Positions 24,917 through 38,389 of a DNA stretch of 64,000 bases are shown piece by piece. The position numbers and the translations under genes are program-made. Source of the DNA: Psilocybe cubensis (taxonomy: Eukaryota). Every line of letters begins with the position of its first letter. The first letter of the stretch is position 1. Below the pieces are notes generated by a model. It was not told where the DNA came from. It made no database searches and saw nothing but the letters and a program-made list of their open reading frames with translations. Where the stretch lies: NCBI GenBank assembly GCA_017499595.2, contig CM039007.1:1302001-1366000 (forward strand), written 5' to 3'.

Positions 24917-25320
24917 AATGGGAATCAAAAAAATTTGCTTTTAAATTGCTCTCTCCACTCATACTCCTATGTACATTGTATCACTACTATTCACTTTCAT
25001 TTGGGGCTGCGAAGTTTAAATTCAAAGGGGTCCCTGTATTACAATCTGATTTTAAGAGCCTGAACGAGGCTGGCATTCTTCATCAGTAGAGGCAAATGAA
25101 ACCCCTAGGATGAAAACCATTGGCATGATCTCATGGTGTACCAGAAAGGCTCATCAGTGGAAAGATTCATCACCGACCACGTTGCGAAGCCTACACCGTC
25201 ATTTCGAGCACGCACATTTGTTTTGTCTTTTGACGATATATATGGCTCAAAATTACTGAGAATTGACACGAGACTTGATATTTTGTGGCCATATAGGGTA
25301 TCATCCGATGTTTCGGTAAC

Positions 25321-26591
25321 CTAATCGCTCGATGCTGCAAGATAGCTCTAAAAGTGATACAGGATGAATCAGATCAAAATATTAACACCAAGATCACCTA
25401 AGAACGCACCTCTCTTTCCTCCAGAAACTCTAGATACGTAAGGGCAACCGCAATCCAAAAGCTCGTGTCGACACCAAGATATTGTGCTTCGCTCTTATCC
25501 AATTCGATGACGCCCGTAAGCGATCGGACGGTCAACACTGGGGTGTGATCATGGAAAACGAGCAATGGCGCGTGCAGATGTGGATGTTGTTGCTGGAGGA
25601 TCGCTGCAGACGACTGCGACGCGTAAGGGGGTGGTGTAGTTCCCGAGGGCTCGACGACGCGAGACAGGGTGAAAGAGCTCGAGTGCGACGGCCGGTGCGT
25701 CTTCAGCAGCGAAAGGGCCCGCGACAGGAAAGATGCGTTCGCGTCAGGGTGCTGGAGAGGCGGGATGGAGGAAGGGGCAAGTAGGAACTGAGTGATCTGT
25801 GACCTTGCAGGGGGTCTAGGACGGCGTAGACTTTTCTTTGGAGTTTTGTCGGTGTCGACGAGGGTACTTGATGAGCTTTCACGTGTGGGAGAGGGTGGAT
25901 GGACATTGATGATGGCTGTGGTTGATGCGGTTGGTGTTGGTGGGTAGGAATGTAGACTCGAAGAACTGGACGTGATGTCTTCATCTTGCAACGTAAATTG
26001 GGAGCTGGAACTCGGCAATTCTGACCGTGAAGGAAAAGATGAAGGAGGTGTTATATTAGTTCGTGAATTAAAAGACAGAGCAGCATCCGTGTGGAGAGGT
26101 GATGACGAGGGCACGGGTGTCAAAGGGATGAAAACCCCTGGAGGAAATGTCGGGGAGCGTATGCGGATGTACCAACCACGCAGAGGTCGGTGGATCGTCC
26201 ACTGGATAGTGCTCGTGGGGTTGTGCTATTGAAAAGTAGATCAAACTAGGCCAGGTAATAGGGCATTACTTTTTGTGCGCACCACTATATTCTCGACAAT
26301 CTCGTTGTCGCTAAGGAACCTTTCCTTCGAATCAATGTGAATGCCAAAGAACAAAGATCGAATGCAAGTGGGTCGGGTTCACCTTGAACCAGATAACATT
26401 ATCGGATCCTTCCTCGGAAACGTTTACTCTCATATCCTGTAGCACGTCAGTCCTTTTGAAAAGAAATTGTCAGACGGTTTAGCCGGCTCAACGACTGCTT
26501 AAAATGGCTCATCAACTTACGTCTGAACGCGATACCTCGAAGCTTCCGAATTTGAAGGACCTGCTTTCTGGCCATTCGAATGTGAAGTCAT
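25321..26591 (-). CDS. Hypothetical protein, apparently conserved
   Basis: Spliced MTSHSNG...RYRVQT-TDVLQDMRVNV..VIWFK-ERFL..WTIHRPLRGWYIRIRSPTFPPG...GVDTSFWIAVALTYLEFLEERE-SYLAASSD*. Confidence 0.75.
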
Positions 26592-26969
26592 GTTATTCCT
26601 CGATGAAAGAATTTGGTATAGAGAAGTTTAATGAGTACGAGTACTGAGTGATGATCAGAATGAAAGCCAGGAACGGTCGCAGGGACTCGGCGTAGCAATT
26701 GTGACTGTCACATTGTTAGGAAACTTTTAACCATGGAGTGCGTGAACGGGAAAGATATTTTACAAGCTTCAGAAGAGGCATGGTCATTAAGTGATGCGTA
26801 TTACATAGAATGCGGAGATATGCAAACGTGTAGTATCTATACATGATCAATCTCCATTTTGGTTACGCGCAAACCTCTCCAAAACATGGTTATGGTATGA
26901 GTGGTTGGGGCATAGGACTCGTATAAATAAGCAATATCAGTAGGTCGTCTCGATATTAAGGTATAATGA

Positions 26970-27880
26970 TCAGTAGTCACGAGCCCTCGGCTGGTATCCA
27001 CGGTTGGTGTAAGGGGTCTGGTTGTCCTGCCTCCCCATACGTCTAGCTTCACGCCTTGGGGGACGAGAGTATGAAAGGGAGAGGAAGGTATTGTCACCCG
27101 TGGGGGTCTTGTTAAGCTTGTCCAACGCTTCTGTAGCAACTTCAGTGCTGGTGAACTCAATGAACCCTGCATTAGTCTTCTCTCCGGTGTTTCCATCACG
27201 GACTGAAGGAAGGCAGTGTAAGGATCGCGACAAAGAGAAAGATAAAGCAAAACTTACTGAAGTAGATTGAGGTGATCTGGTCCTTGAACTCTGAAAAGAG
27301 CTGTCGGAGAGAATCTTCATCCTCGTAGTACTGAGGGAAATAGAGCTTCTTGTTGGGCGCAAGGGGGGGCAAACTCCTGTTTTGACGAGCGTAATCGAGG
27401 AAGAGGTCACGGCCAGCAACATGGAAAGGCTCCGCAGCTGAAGAGTTCATAGCAGCGGTAGCCGCCTCTTGGGTAGAAAAGGTAATGTGGGCAAATCCAC
27501 GAGGACGACCGTCTGCATGTGTCTCTGTTATACGAACATGATTCAGAACTGAAAGGTGAAAAAGTGCATTGGGACATACGGATGCGGACGTTGACGACTT
27601 GACCAAACTGCGAGAAAAGTTCAAGAAGGTCCTCCTTGGTCATATCCCAAGGCATGTTCCCAACATAGAGAGACTCCGAAGGAGGGGAAGGTGTGTTGTC
27701 GCGCTCGCCTTCGCGTTCGTATGCCCACACTTTTGCAGACGAGAACGCCCGAGTGGCCAGTGCGGGCGCAACAACGGCCTGTCGGAGAGTCAGCGAGCTC
27801 AGCGTCCTTGAAGCAGGAACAGCAGCGCGAGAGGCAATGCGCAGGCTGAGCCTGGCTTGTTGACGGAGAGCGGAGAACAT
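26970..27880 (-). CDS. Two-RRM RNA-binding protein, probably mitochondrial
   Basis: Arg/Ala/Ser-rich presequence MFSALRQQARLSLR. RNP2 LYVGNM and RNP1 RGFAHITF; second RRM KLYF..AGFIEF. Confidence 0.85.
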
Positions 27881-28098
27881 TATTATTGGAGGAGGTGGTT
27901 AGAGGAGAAGGAAGTGACGAGACAGCAAGCTACTTTTATTTTCCTTCAAAAAAGTTTTCGATCTTGTGACTTTCATCACGTGGTGTTATGTTCTGTTTTA
28001 CGTGGCTGTGCAAGTTCACTTTCTTCCATTCATTGACTATATAACGCAAACAGCCACATAATCCTATCATTTGTATACCGGGATCCTCGATGGTAGCA

Positions 28099-28812
28099 TC
28101 ATACCTTTACCCCCTCCAAAATATAAGCGAATGGGTCCGGATCTGCAGGATTGGGTTTATATTCAGATATCTCCTGCGCCATGATTCCGACCTCCTTTGC
28201 AAAATGAACCCTGGCAAACTCGGCAGCGAGGTCCAAACCAGCGGTAATCCCAGCAGAACTCCACAACTTTCCGTCGACCGTGAACCTCTTATCCGTAACC
28301 CATTTGACCTTTTTGAAGTGCTCGTTAGACTCCAATAACCCCGCAGCGGCTAAATCTCGCAGGGCAAGTTTATTGCTCGCTACGGCCCGTCCTTCTAGAA
28401 TGCCTGTCGATGCGACGAGGAACGACGCTGTGCAGATCATGAGCAGTGCAATAAGTTTAGGGTCTTCGAGACGCGCTTTGATGAACTCAGTGAATCCCTT
28501 GGGCGTGCTGAGGAGGTCTGTAGGGCCTGGGATGAATATGCAGTCTAGAGGGGGGCAATCTGCGTATGTGCATGAGGGCAGCTGGAGCGGCCCTGATGTG
28601 GCTTGGATGGGCGTCATATCAGAGGAGATATAGTGCCATTTCATGATCGGCGCCTTGTCGTATGTCGATCTGGGCAGTGTCGAGAGGAGACTGGCTAATG
28701 CGTGAGAGTGGTTATTGAGGTAGTCGACGGGACCTGCACCGTCGAGCCATTGATAGCCAGGGATTAGGACAAGTCCTAGGTTAAGCACTCGAGGAGGCTC
28801 TTGAGAAGACAT
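28099..28812 (-). CDS. DJ-1/PfpI family protein (isonitrile hydratase-like), copy A
   Basis: Intronless 237 aa; YQWLDGAGP, LDCIFIPGP, ICTAS nucleophile elbow, DGKLWSSAGITAGLD. Confidence 0.9.
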   Translation of the reverse strand: MSSQEPPRVLNLGLVLIPGYQWLDGAGPVDYLNNHSHALASLLSTLPRSTYDKAPIMKWHYISSDMTPIQATSGPLQLPSCTYADCPPLDCIFIPGPTDLLSTPKGFTEFIKARLEDPKLIALLMICTASFLVASTGILEGRAVASNKLALRDLAAAGLLESNEHFKKVKWVTDKRFTVDGKLWSSAGITAGLDLAAEFARVHFAKEVGIMAQEISEYKPNPADPDPFAYILEGVKV

Positions 28813-29636
28813 AGTCTGTGACGCAAAATAATTTTCTTCAATAATAAAAGAAGTGAGTTGATTTAAATCCCAACCTTCTTCTATCTCAATTTATATCATG
28901 AGTAGCTCGCATTTAACGTCATGCTGCGCCTTCGCTTCAAGCAGGCTCGAGGAACATCTCATCTATAATAATTTCGGGGATAGATGATTTGCAATCATAA
29001 TTTTCCTTCGCCGAGTCTAATTCAGGTTGCTAACCTCGTCAATAGGTTGAATAACGAAGTAGAAAAAATGATAACCGCCTTGTAAACGTATATTCGGTAA
29101 GCAACGTCCCACACCATGAAAATTTTGCAACCTCTCAACATACTTACTGAATTAGATTGATAATCCGCTGATGGAGTATGACAGAGCATATTCTAAGCAA
29201 AAATGCTTAATGCTAAAGAGAATACCAAGCCGCAGTTCTCCAACGCAAGGTTTGATAGCTGCGCCCGGGGATCTCGGCCTTTTAGGAAAGGTTGAGACGT
29301 CCGTCAACTATAAAATGCATAATTTTAGGATACTTGTGAGTGTGGTTTACTGCTTGTTGGTATTGTCATGATGATTGCATTGAGAAGAAAATACATCCAA
29401 TCAGTTATGTGCTTAATTAGGAATCGGTTGCTGTTATGTGATTATGTACTTATAAATTTTCGGCGCTAAATCCCAAAAACAAGCCTCCCGAATTTCCCAT
29501 GTTCAAAAGCAGCTCAATGCGGAATCGACGGCGAACCATGAAGTTAAAAGCACTAAAAAACGAACATCCAAGACCTATGTAACAGTAGAACACTTGGTCG
29601 AAGCTCTTCCCTTCAAATCATCACCACACCTCCCAA

Positions 29637-30338
29637 TCAGAGCTTTACTCCGTCTAGCATATAAGCAAAGGGATCCGGCTGTGCTGGGTTGGGTCTATAT
29701 TCCGACATCTCCTGGGCCATATCGACAAGTTCTTTCGCTACATAGACTCGTGCAAACTCTGCCGCAAGATCCAACCCGGCCGTAATCCCGGCCGAACTCC
29801 ACACCTTGCCATCTACTGTAAAGCGCTTATCCCCAACCCACTTCACCTTTTTAAAATATCCCTTCTCCAGTGTGCCTTCGGCGGCAAGGTCGCGCAATAC
29901 GAACTTGTTACTCGCCACCTCTTTTCCGTCAAGGATGCCGGTTGCTGCGACACAGAGGGATGCGGTGCAAACTAAGAGGAGGGCGAAGAGCTTAGGGTCC
30001 TCCAGGCGTGCTTTGAGAAACTCTGCGAAGCCATTGGGAAGCGTAAAAATATCCCTTGGTCCTGGGACAAATATGCAATCTAGAGGGGGGCAGTCTGCAA
30101 ATGTGCATGAAGGGAGCTGGAGTGGTCCGGATGTGGACTGTATCGGTGTGAGGTCGGAGGCGATGTAGTGCCAGTTTATTACAGGGGCTTTTTCTTTCAT
30201 GGATTCAGGGAGGAAGGAGATTCCATTTACAATTGCACTGGAGTGGTTGTTTAAGTAGTCGACTGGTCCCGCGGCATCGAGCCATTGGTATCCAGGAAGA
30301 AGAACAAGACCGATGTCGAGTTTTTTGGGGTAAGTCAT
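29637..30338 (-). CDS. DJ-1/PfpI family protein (isonitrile hydratase-like), copy B
   Basis: Intronless 233 aa; YQWLDAAGP, VCTAS, DGKVWSSAGITAGLD; close paralogue of copy A. Confidence 0.9.
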   Translation of the reverse strand: MTYPKKLDIGLVLLPGYQWLDAAGPVDYLNNHSSAIVNGISFLPESMKEKAPVINWHYIASDLTPIQSTSGPLQLPSCTFADCPPLDCIFVPGPRDIFTLPNGFAEFLKARLEDPKLFALLLVCTASLCVAATGILDGKEVASNKFVLRDLAAEGTLEKGYFKKVKWVGDKRFTVDGKVWSSAGITAGLDLAAEFARVYVAKELVDMAQEMSEYRPNPAQPDPFAYMLDGVKL

Positions 30339-31127
30339 ATTGCGGTCAAGGTAAGTTGAGCTGAATTAATGGGTCGTTGGGTATGCTCTAGTTTATAAGA
30401 TTGAGCAGGTGATATAAGACCACCTCTCCTAGGAACGACTAACCTTTATACCATTTCCAATACGTTACGTGGGGCATGCCTTGGTAGAAGGTTTACTCAG
30501 CTATAGAGAAGCTTACCAGTATAACTGCCTAAGCTGTCGGATGGCATGGAACAAGAAATGCACAAATGTGAAGCTTTGAAACTCTGGATGAGTATCAAAT
30601 TCTCAAATCCCGGAAACATAGGCCATTTCAATACGTCTATAGCGGAGCGTAGAGCTAAAATGTGCGTCTTTTTGATGCTTGATGACTATCCACGTTGAAG
30701 CTTACTTGAAGCGTTCTCGATGAAAATAACTGTCGTCTACTAATAACATGTCCGACCACACGGATGAGCGAGACTCCTTTGTATGCAATAAGTCAGGGCC
30801 ATGTCACAAGAAAGCTTTAAACTTACTGCCTTGGTATATCTACTCTCTCACTGAAAGCATAGACCATGTAAGTTTCATCAAGTCATGCAGTATGTCGGCA
30901 TTATGATTTCTTGTAACGCGCTCATCAACACATTCCAAAAAGGAGTGAGATTGGGGTGAGAAAATAGGGGCTACTTGTTATGATCAGGGAACTCCGGTAA
31001 ATAAAAGCTGTCATAGTTGGCACAGCCACCTATACCTTCCGAGGTTAACCAAACCTCAACTCCGAAAACTTGAAAATCGGGCGAGTGGCTTACGGACGAG
31101 TCCTATCGCTCAGGGAGCGTACTTGTG

Positions 31128-33526
31128 ATGCCTCCAGGCCCTGCTTACAACTGGCTATGCGTCCTTGCTTCGACCGCTGAGATTTTATCGAATGCGGCGC
31201 GGTACAGAGCCGCTCAGGTTGCTCCGAATTACCTTGCCACTTCGTATGCCAACCCGAGAAAACGGAGAAGGACTGAAGACACAGAATGGCAGCAGACGGT
31301 AGAGCATGTGAATGATGGTCCCCAGTCTTCCTCAGGCAGCGCCCTTGCTTCCCAGTACGCGGCTCGGGAAGCACTCGTCGAGGACATCCGACCCACCGTC
31401 GCCGCCGCACCGGTAGTCGAACGTATCATTGTAGAGGAGATTCAGATCCCAGAAGCAGACGTTCGAAAGCTCTCAGAACAATCTGAGCCTGCCTCTGACG
31501 CGTCCCCTGTGGTTGACACTTCTCTCAAACCGGAGGACCCAAATGTTGAAGAGCTTGCCGCCCAAAAACCAGTACATCATTCTACCTATCGAGGTCAAAT
31601 GCAAACATTTAATTATCTCAGCGCAGGCTGCTTCTTTAGCTGCTGGATTGGAATCATACCCACCTCAGATGTCACGCAATTTGCAGTCTTCAAAGGTACC
31701 TTCCTCTAGAATAGGGAGGCTATTCCATTACGGAGGTACGAACAATCCAACTTCGTTTCTGGTTTGATCCAAATTCTTGTGACAGGGTTGGCAGCCTCTT
31801 TGACCTATGGGGCAGCGTCTGAAGTATTGCGAAGGACAGGCTCGGGGACGTCTGGCGAATCTTCCGTGATGATGACAGAGGCCAACATTAGACGGCTAGT
31901 TTCTAAACTTTCACAAATGAGGGGGGCGGCGTTGAAGCTGGGACAGTTTATGAGTATACAAGGTGCGGTCACTGCGTCGGGGATGATCTTTGTCGTGTTA
32001 ATTGGTACATCTAACCAGATACCCATATCCTCCCACCCGAAATCGACAAAATATTCCGTAGGGTCCAAGATAGCGCGCATTATATGCCCGACTGGCAAAT
32101 GGAGGTACATACATGTCTTTTTTCCCTCTCTGTTTCCTCTTCAGTTTCGGTTAAAGCACAACTCGACTGTTTTTGCTAGCAAGTCATGACTCAATCACTC
32201 GGCCCGTCATGGTTAGACAATTTTGTCAGTTTTGATAGAATACCTTTTGCTGCAGCCTCGATTGGCCAGGTCCATACCGCCGTGCTTGCAGCGTCTGTAT
32301 CTCCAACTGGGAAAGAGGAACGCGTCGCTGTGAAAATTCAATTCCCCAACATCGTCAATTCGATAGAGAGTGACCTTGGATATATCAAAATGCTGTTGAC
32401 TGCTGGAAAGCTGCTTCCAAAAGGGCTCTTTTTGGACAAGACAATATCGGTATGACGGCTAATCTAAAATCTTGACATTTAATAACATTGTCGCTCCATG
32501 TCGATAGGTCATGAAAGGCGAATTGGCGGATGAATGTGACTACGTCCGCGAAGCCTCTTTCCTTAAAACATTCGGGTCCCCTGATTGTTTAGGCAATGAC
32601 CCCCGATTCAAGGTCCCATGGGTTTGGGATGGTAGCACCGCTACGGTCTTGGTCATGGAACGAGTAGATGGTGTTAACGTCGGAGAAGCGAACGCGCAGA
32701 ATCTCACACAACAGGACCGAAACGATGTATGCGCCTATTGTCATCCGTCCACGGCATGGAAAAATTTAGCTGACCAGTTTGCTTTGCGCTTAGATATCGG
32801 CATGGATCATAGAACTCTGTCTCAAAGAGCTTTTTGAATTCAGAGCAATGCAGACCGATCCCAACTGGACCAATTTCCTGTGGAACTCGAAGACTAGACA
32901 AGTATACCACATTCATCGACCATATCTTCGTCTTCAATGACTGAACATGTGTCGTTTGCAGGTCGAATTAGTTGACTTTGGAGCAACTCGAACATACTCA
33001 AAGGAATTTATGGACAGTTGGTTGGCACTTCTACAAGCCGCAGCCGTTGGCGACCGCGACACATGTATCGACTGGAGTCGGAAAGTTGGCTACCTGACAG
33101 GCGAAGAAAATGAAGTCCGCACTTGACTTTTCTTCACTTTACGGTGATTCTAACGACACGAACGACAGGTTATGCTGAACGCACATGTCAACTCGATGAC
33201 GCTCCTCGCCACTCCATTCAAAGCCGAGACGCGCCAGCCTTTCTCGTTTGGGCCAGGGTCGCAATGGGCGGATATCACAGCTGAGATTCGCGCACAGATT
33301 CCGGTCATGTTGGCCCATCGCCTTACTCCGCCGCCAAAAGAAACGTACAGTTTGAACCGGTTAGTGCTAATTACACACGCTTGGTGTGTATACATGATTG
33401 ACACCCTCCTTATGTTTACTGTGCAGAAAATTGAGTGGTTCATTCTTGCTTGCGTCGCGCCTCGGAGCTGAAGTAGACACAAAAGTTATCTGGGACAAGG
33501 TCGTCGGAAAATATAGATTTGGGTGA
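31128..33526 (+). CDS. COQ8: ABC1/COQ8 atypical kinase, mitochondrial
   Basis: [24 protein letters not shown] (KxGQ), [60 protein letters not shown]. Confidence 0.93.
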
Positions 33527-33928
33527 TGGTTGGCCCAGCTGTTTCCACTTCACATGGCCCAGAATCCTCTTGAATTATCTTTATGTTATTTTCGCATATA
33601 CGCACTTGCAGTAGCATTTCTCCGCATATACATCCACTACTCGATTTACTGACTGATACCACACAAAATAGGTTTTGTGGGTTTGGCGTTGAAGCCAAGA
33701 TGACTCGTCGATTATTTTCACAAAGATACAACATCTAAAGTCGTGGGGTAATATTCTAATAACTGATGAAGTTGCAGGGGTGATAAATGTGGTATGGTCA
33801 TAACAATGTCGTTAGATGTGGTGGGTTAGTGGATAGAGGGTAAAGACTGGTATGTTTTGGTAACAGTGAACCGCTGTCAGTGCTTGCGATTTGGAGAAGT
33901 GCTATCCGAGTGGATGCCATTAATTTAG

Positions 33929-34986
33929 TTAGAGGGCCTTGGCCTTGGCCTTTTCAGCGCGTCTGCTGTAGATCATGTCTGTGAAGGGACTGGAAAAGCA
34001 ACAACGGATAAATATGAGCAATGATTCAAATGCTTGTCGTTGAAAATCTTACCCTTCGAAGCGGAGCGCGATTACGTAGAGGATGTAGACATAAAGGGTA
34101 ATGAACAGTCCAGCGGGCCTTTCGTACCTATTAGAACAAAAGAGAACCCCAACGAATCAAAGCATCAGCAAATTTATAAAAAAAACACGTGTCGCCACAA
34201 CAGCGCTAAGCGAACAAAGTGCGAAGAGCCATACTCACCAAAGAGCAGTAGCAGCGAAGCACATGGTACTGCCAACATACATCGGGTCTCTGAGGACGTT
34301 GAAAGGGAATCTGTATCCAGAATAAAATGATAACAAGAGTTTAAGACTGTTCTGAAAAAAGACGATAGGACAAACAGGTAAAACGCACCCCTCAACTCTC
34401 TGGTCCATCAAGATTCCAAAGTAGTCCCCGAGGAAAGTTCCAGTGATTCCCAAGGCCCATGTTGAGGTCACGACAAAAATCTGGCCAATAACGAAGAGAA
34501 CAACGGGGACAATGGTTGCGTATTCCTTGGGAAGAATGGCCTGTTGGGGTTGTTCTAGCAGAGCCTGACGGTAGCTAGCACGGACCAAATGAATGCTCTT
34601 AGATATGCGATCGACGGAAGATTCATATCAGTACTTACAGACTATCTCTGAGCATCCCGAACGAAAATATGGAAAGAGCCAGGAAATAGCATCCATATCG
34701 TGCATTTCCTCCAAAAATACGCGTAATGGTCTTGTTCTTATACTCTGTAAGAATTTTCAATGAGTATTGTTTCCAGGGTATGCAACAGTGCCAGAAAATG
34801 ATGTCCTCCGTCAAAATCTCCACAGGGCTAAAAACAAAACATCGAATATCATGCCAACGCACCATTTCGAGCTACGATGTTCCATGCAGTTGGGTTGAAC
34901 GCAATGGACAGCAATGAAATGTACAGAGACGTCTTGTTAACGTCAACCAGTGATTGGAATTGAGTGACCAGGCTTTTCGAATCCAT
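33929..34986 (-). CDS. OPI3: Phospholipid N-methyltransferase
   Basis: IAFNPTAWNIVARNEY, LGITGTFLGDYFGILM, FPFNVLRDPMYVGST, FE-PFTDMIY. Confidence 0.92.
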
Positions 34987-35321
34987 TGTATGCAGCGGTG
35001 AAGATGTGAATGGCAGAGACAGAGAAGACGCGTAACCGTGAACTCCGGGCTCAGGTGGGCAAGTTGATTATGTAACACCGGGGTGAAAGGCACCCACCCC
35101 TAAAGTAAGCAGTTGTACCATCATTGGGATAACAGAATGGTTGGGTTCGGAAAATAATCCAGAAGAGGCGATACAGGCATGAAAACCGTATATTGTTGTG
35201 AATAATATGTTTACAAACTAGGTAGCTAGTATCGAAAGCGCGACGAGTAGTGAAGAAGTCAATACAACCAATCCAGTGTCCAAAGCCCATCCTCCAAAGC
35301 GATGTATCACAAAATCCCAGT

Positions 35322-36424
35322 CTACAATCTCTTCAGTGCCTTCTTCCTCTTTTCTGCCCCTGTTGTGGCTGAGTTAGTGGCAGCTCTCTTGACAGCCTTG
35401 GTGCCTGTGATACCAGCCATTCCAGCTGTAGACGCCATGCCCATGCCTACACCCATTCCAGGCTTTCCGCCCACATTCGCATCCGCAGTTCCTAAAGGCG
35501 AAGGTGATGGATGACGCTCTTTCAAATCTTTATGCGGTCCTGCACCCAACCCGCCTTCTTTTTCGGATGACAAAGAAGCTTTCAAAGATATCTGAGGGGC
35601 CGGCGAAGCGCCTTTGCGAGTGATAACTGGAACAGAGAAAGTTGTCGAGGGAGTGGTAGACTGGGCCTTGGTTGGTGAGACAGAGACAGAGACAGAGACA
35701 GAAATGGAGGGTGTTGTGGTAGTTTTGGAAGTCGAAGCCACAGAAGGTGTAGTAGAACTTGATCCATCTTTTGCGGATGATGCGGAGGGAGTTTCATCCT
35801 CGGTGGCCGAAGGTTTGTTGAATTCAGCAGGCTTGACGCGGGGTGTGGCATGGACACTGGTGATGAGTTTGGCTCTGCTGCAGTAACTATCGTAATCTTC
35901 CAATAGAAGCTTGCCGGCTTCCTCGTCTAAAGCGGACTCGGGATTGGGATAAATGAGAAGGCATTTGACGGTAACCAGAATATGCCCAATGCCATAGGTT
36001 GACTTCCAGTCTTTCTTCAGAGTATTTACGCAAATTTCGCCAGTTGGACCCACGTTGGGGTGAAAAATCTTTGTGGCGAACCAACCTGAACAAGGACTCA
36101 GTATCTTGTACACCTGTTAGCTGCAAAATGAGATCACGAACATTTTGGCGGAGCGGCTGGAAATTCTTCCGTAAACTTGAACTTGACCCTGAAATAACCT
36201 CCCGCGTACGGTGTGCCCTCTAATTGCAATTAGAGACGCGACGTGAGCCCCAGAATGTCGTTGGCATTGTCAGAATACGCACCTGGTCCTTCGATGATTC
36301 CTGTAACGTCCAACATATCCTCCTCATTTTCCTGAATCCGAATGCCTTCCGGTGGGCTGTTTTCGAGCTCACTCAACTCGCGCATGACGCGGCGAACAAC
36401 AGCTGGTGAAATAGACTGAGACAT
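35322..36424 (-). CDS. UBE2S: Ubiquitin-conjugating enzyme E2 S-like
   Basis: [60 protein letters not shown]-terminal KKALKRL typical of UBE2S. Confidence 0.9.
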
Positions 36425-37082
36425 CGAAATTAGCGGTGATTTTTGGAGTGCATGGAGAATTTTAGGACTCACCATGATACAAATTAATATATGGTACACA
36501 AAGTTGAGAAAGGAGTCAAGGGTTTGAGTGCTGCACGCAACGCTTTTGGTCCAAGCAAAGGTTCAACTATTGAGTGAGAGACGTGAATCTTTCGGAGTTT
36601 GAATATGAATCGCGATCAACTTGAACAGAGATCTCGTGATTACATGCACGTGTCCGGCTTCTCTGCCAGTGGCAAACAATGACAAGCATGGGCTCCTGTT
36701 GGAGAGAAACCGCCTTTTAAGTTTTAGCATTGTTTCTCTTCCCCTTACAGCCTCCTCTCAAGTTTCTCCACCCCTCCTGAATTTCTCAGACTATGTGTTT
36801 TGCATTAAGATCTGTGGATGTCTACTATCAACAGATTACTATGCACACATATGGCGTCAAGAACTGAATGCCGAGCTGTTTGATTACTAGGTTTCACCAC
36901 TCGCTGGTTGGGCGACTCAATGCGTCCTCAAACTGTTGCTGACTGACGTCAAAATATCGTCAACTACCATTACTCTCTGAATTAAACCTCAAAAACGATA
37001 GTATTTTGCAATGTCATAAATGTCTCGCAAGGCAGCTGGTTGTACAAGTGCATACCCCTCTAGAAGCATCTTTGTGCAGGTC

Positions 37083-38389
37083 TCACAGTGTAACTCGCTT
37101 TCCCTCCTTCGCACTCAATGCTATGGCATCGATCAGGCGATGATGCTTGACCGCGTCGTCAATTGTCGCATATGTGCCTGCCTTACTCTTGTCTGCAAAT
37201 TGAGTCCAAGCTGCCCCAATGGCCACTATTGCACCAAATCCCTTCGTCTCCGATTCCACCTTCTCGCCGTTAAGGAAAAGTTCGGGCTCGAAGATGCTGG
37301 GATATGCACCCAGCAAGAAATCTGATTGCAGCTTGATACTGCCCTCTTCGCCATCGATCTCCCAAACAAACTGGTGACGGCCTTCTTTCAACGCATATCC
37401 TGTGCGCCAGAAAACATTAGCAAAAACTCCCGTTTTGAGGAATCCGGTGATAGAGAAGTGGTCTTCGCATTGTGCTTCGAAGGTCTTTCCCGTCGGTTTA
37501 CCGTCGTCTGTGACAATCGTTATAGTTGGATAAAATTTGGCCTCTGTTGCTGTCAGGCTGGCAAACTCGCCAAGGACGTGCTGGAGAGTATCGAGCTGAT
37601 GTGCGATGGCAATTGTTAAGATGTTTACCCCTGCATGAGAATCCTCAGCGACTTTCTGGTTCAGAGGCCAGAAATATATAAACCCACCATTTTTCTTCTC
37701 CAAAATGTAAGTGTTACTCTCTTTACTGTTTGGGGCATGGACGTTGGCGTCTCTCGGAATATGAGCAAGCTACAAAATGGGGTTAACATTAATCAGACGT
37801 TTCTAAACCCCATTTATTTTGTGGACTTACAACACTCGTCGACCTGACATTCCCAATGACGCCTGAGGCGAGTATCTCCTTTACCTTAACCAAAGGAGTG
37901 TCAGTCAAGCCAATGCGATAGAATCGTATCTGATATGCTGACCCTGTCGATAACTGCAGAGTGTCGTCCTTGTAGGCCAACAAGGGAGCGCACACCTTGT
38001 TGACGGGCGGCCTCTGCAATCTCTTCTGTCTCCTTTGTCGAAGTACCAGCCGGCCACTCAATAAAGAAGTCCTTCTTGGCCTCAATGGCCTTTAACGCAA
38101 TCTCCTTATGATAGGGTGCTTTCACCGTAATCGCAACCAAATCTACATCAGGATCGGATGCGATTTGCGACGCATCACCGTAATACGTCTTGAGAGAATG
38201 GCCAACTGATTTGGAGTATTTTTCGGCAGACGCTTTTGCTGTTGCTTCCGATGTTGTAGACACGGCAACGATGTCGTATTTCTCACGGACGGAGGGGGCC
38301 AAGAGCGAGGGGGCCACGGCATCAGATGCCCATCCTGCAACGGAAGATAACCCAACAAAACCGACTTTGACTTTAGGAGAAGACGACAT
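37083..38389 (-). CDS. Gfo/Idh/MocA oxidoreductase (Gal80-like), copy 2
   Basis: VKVGFVGLS..GWA, DPDVDLVAITVKAPYH, KDFFIEWPAGTSTKETEEI, ATIDDAVKHHRLIDAI; same three intron positions as copy 1. Confidence 0.9.

Noticed and set aside
35679-35703. (gacaga)n microsatellite
   Set aside because: Encodes SVSVSVS in the disordered UBE2S tail; unremarkable.
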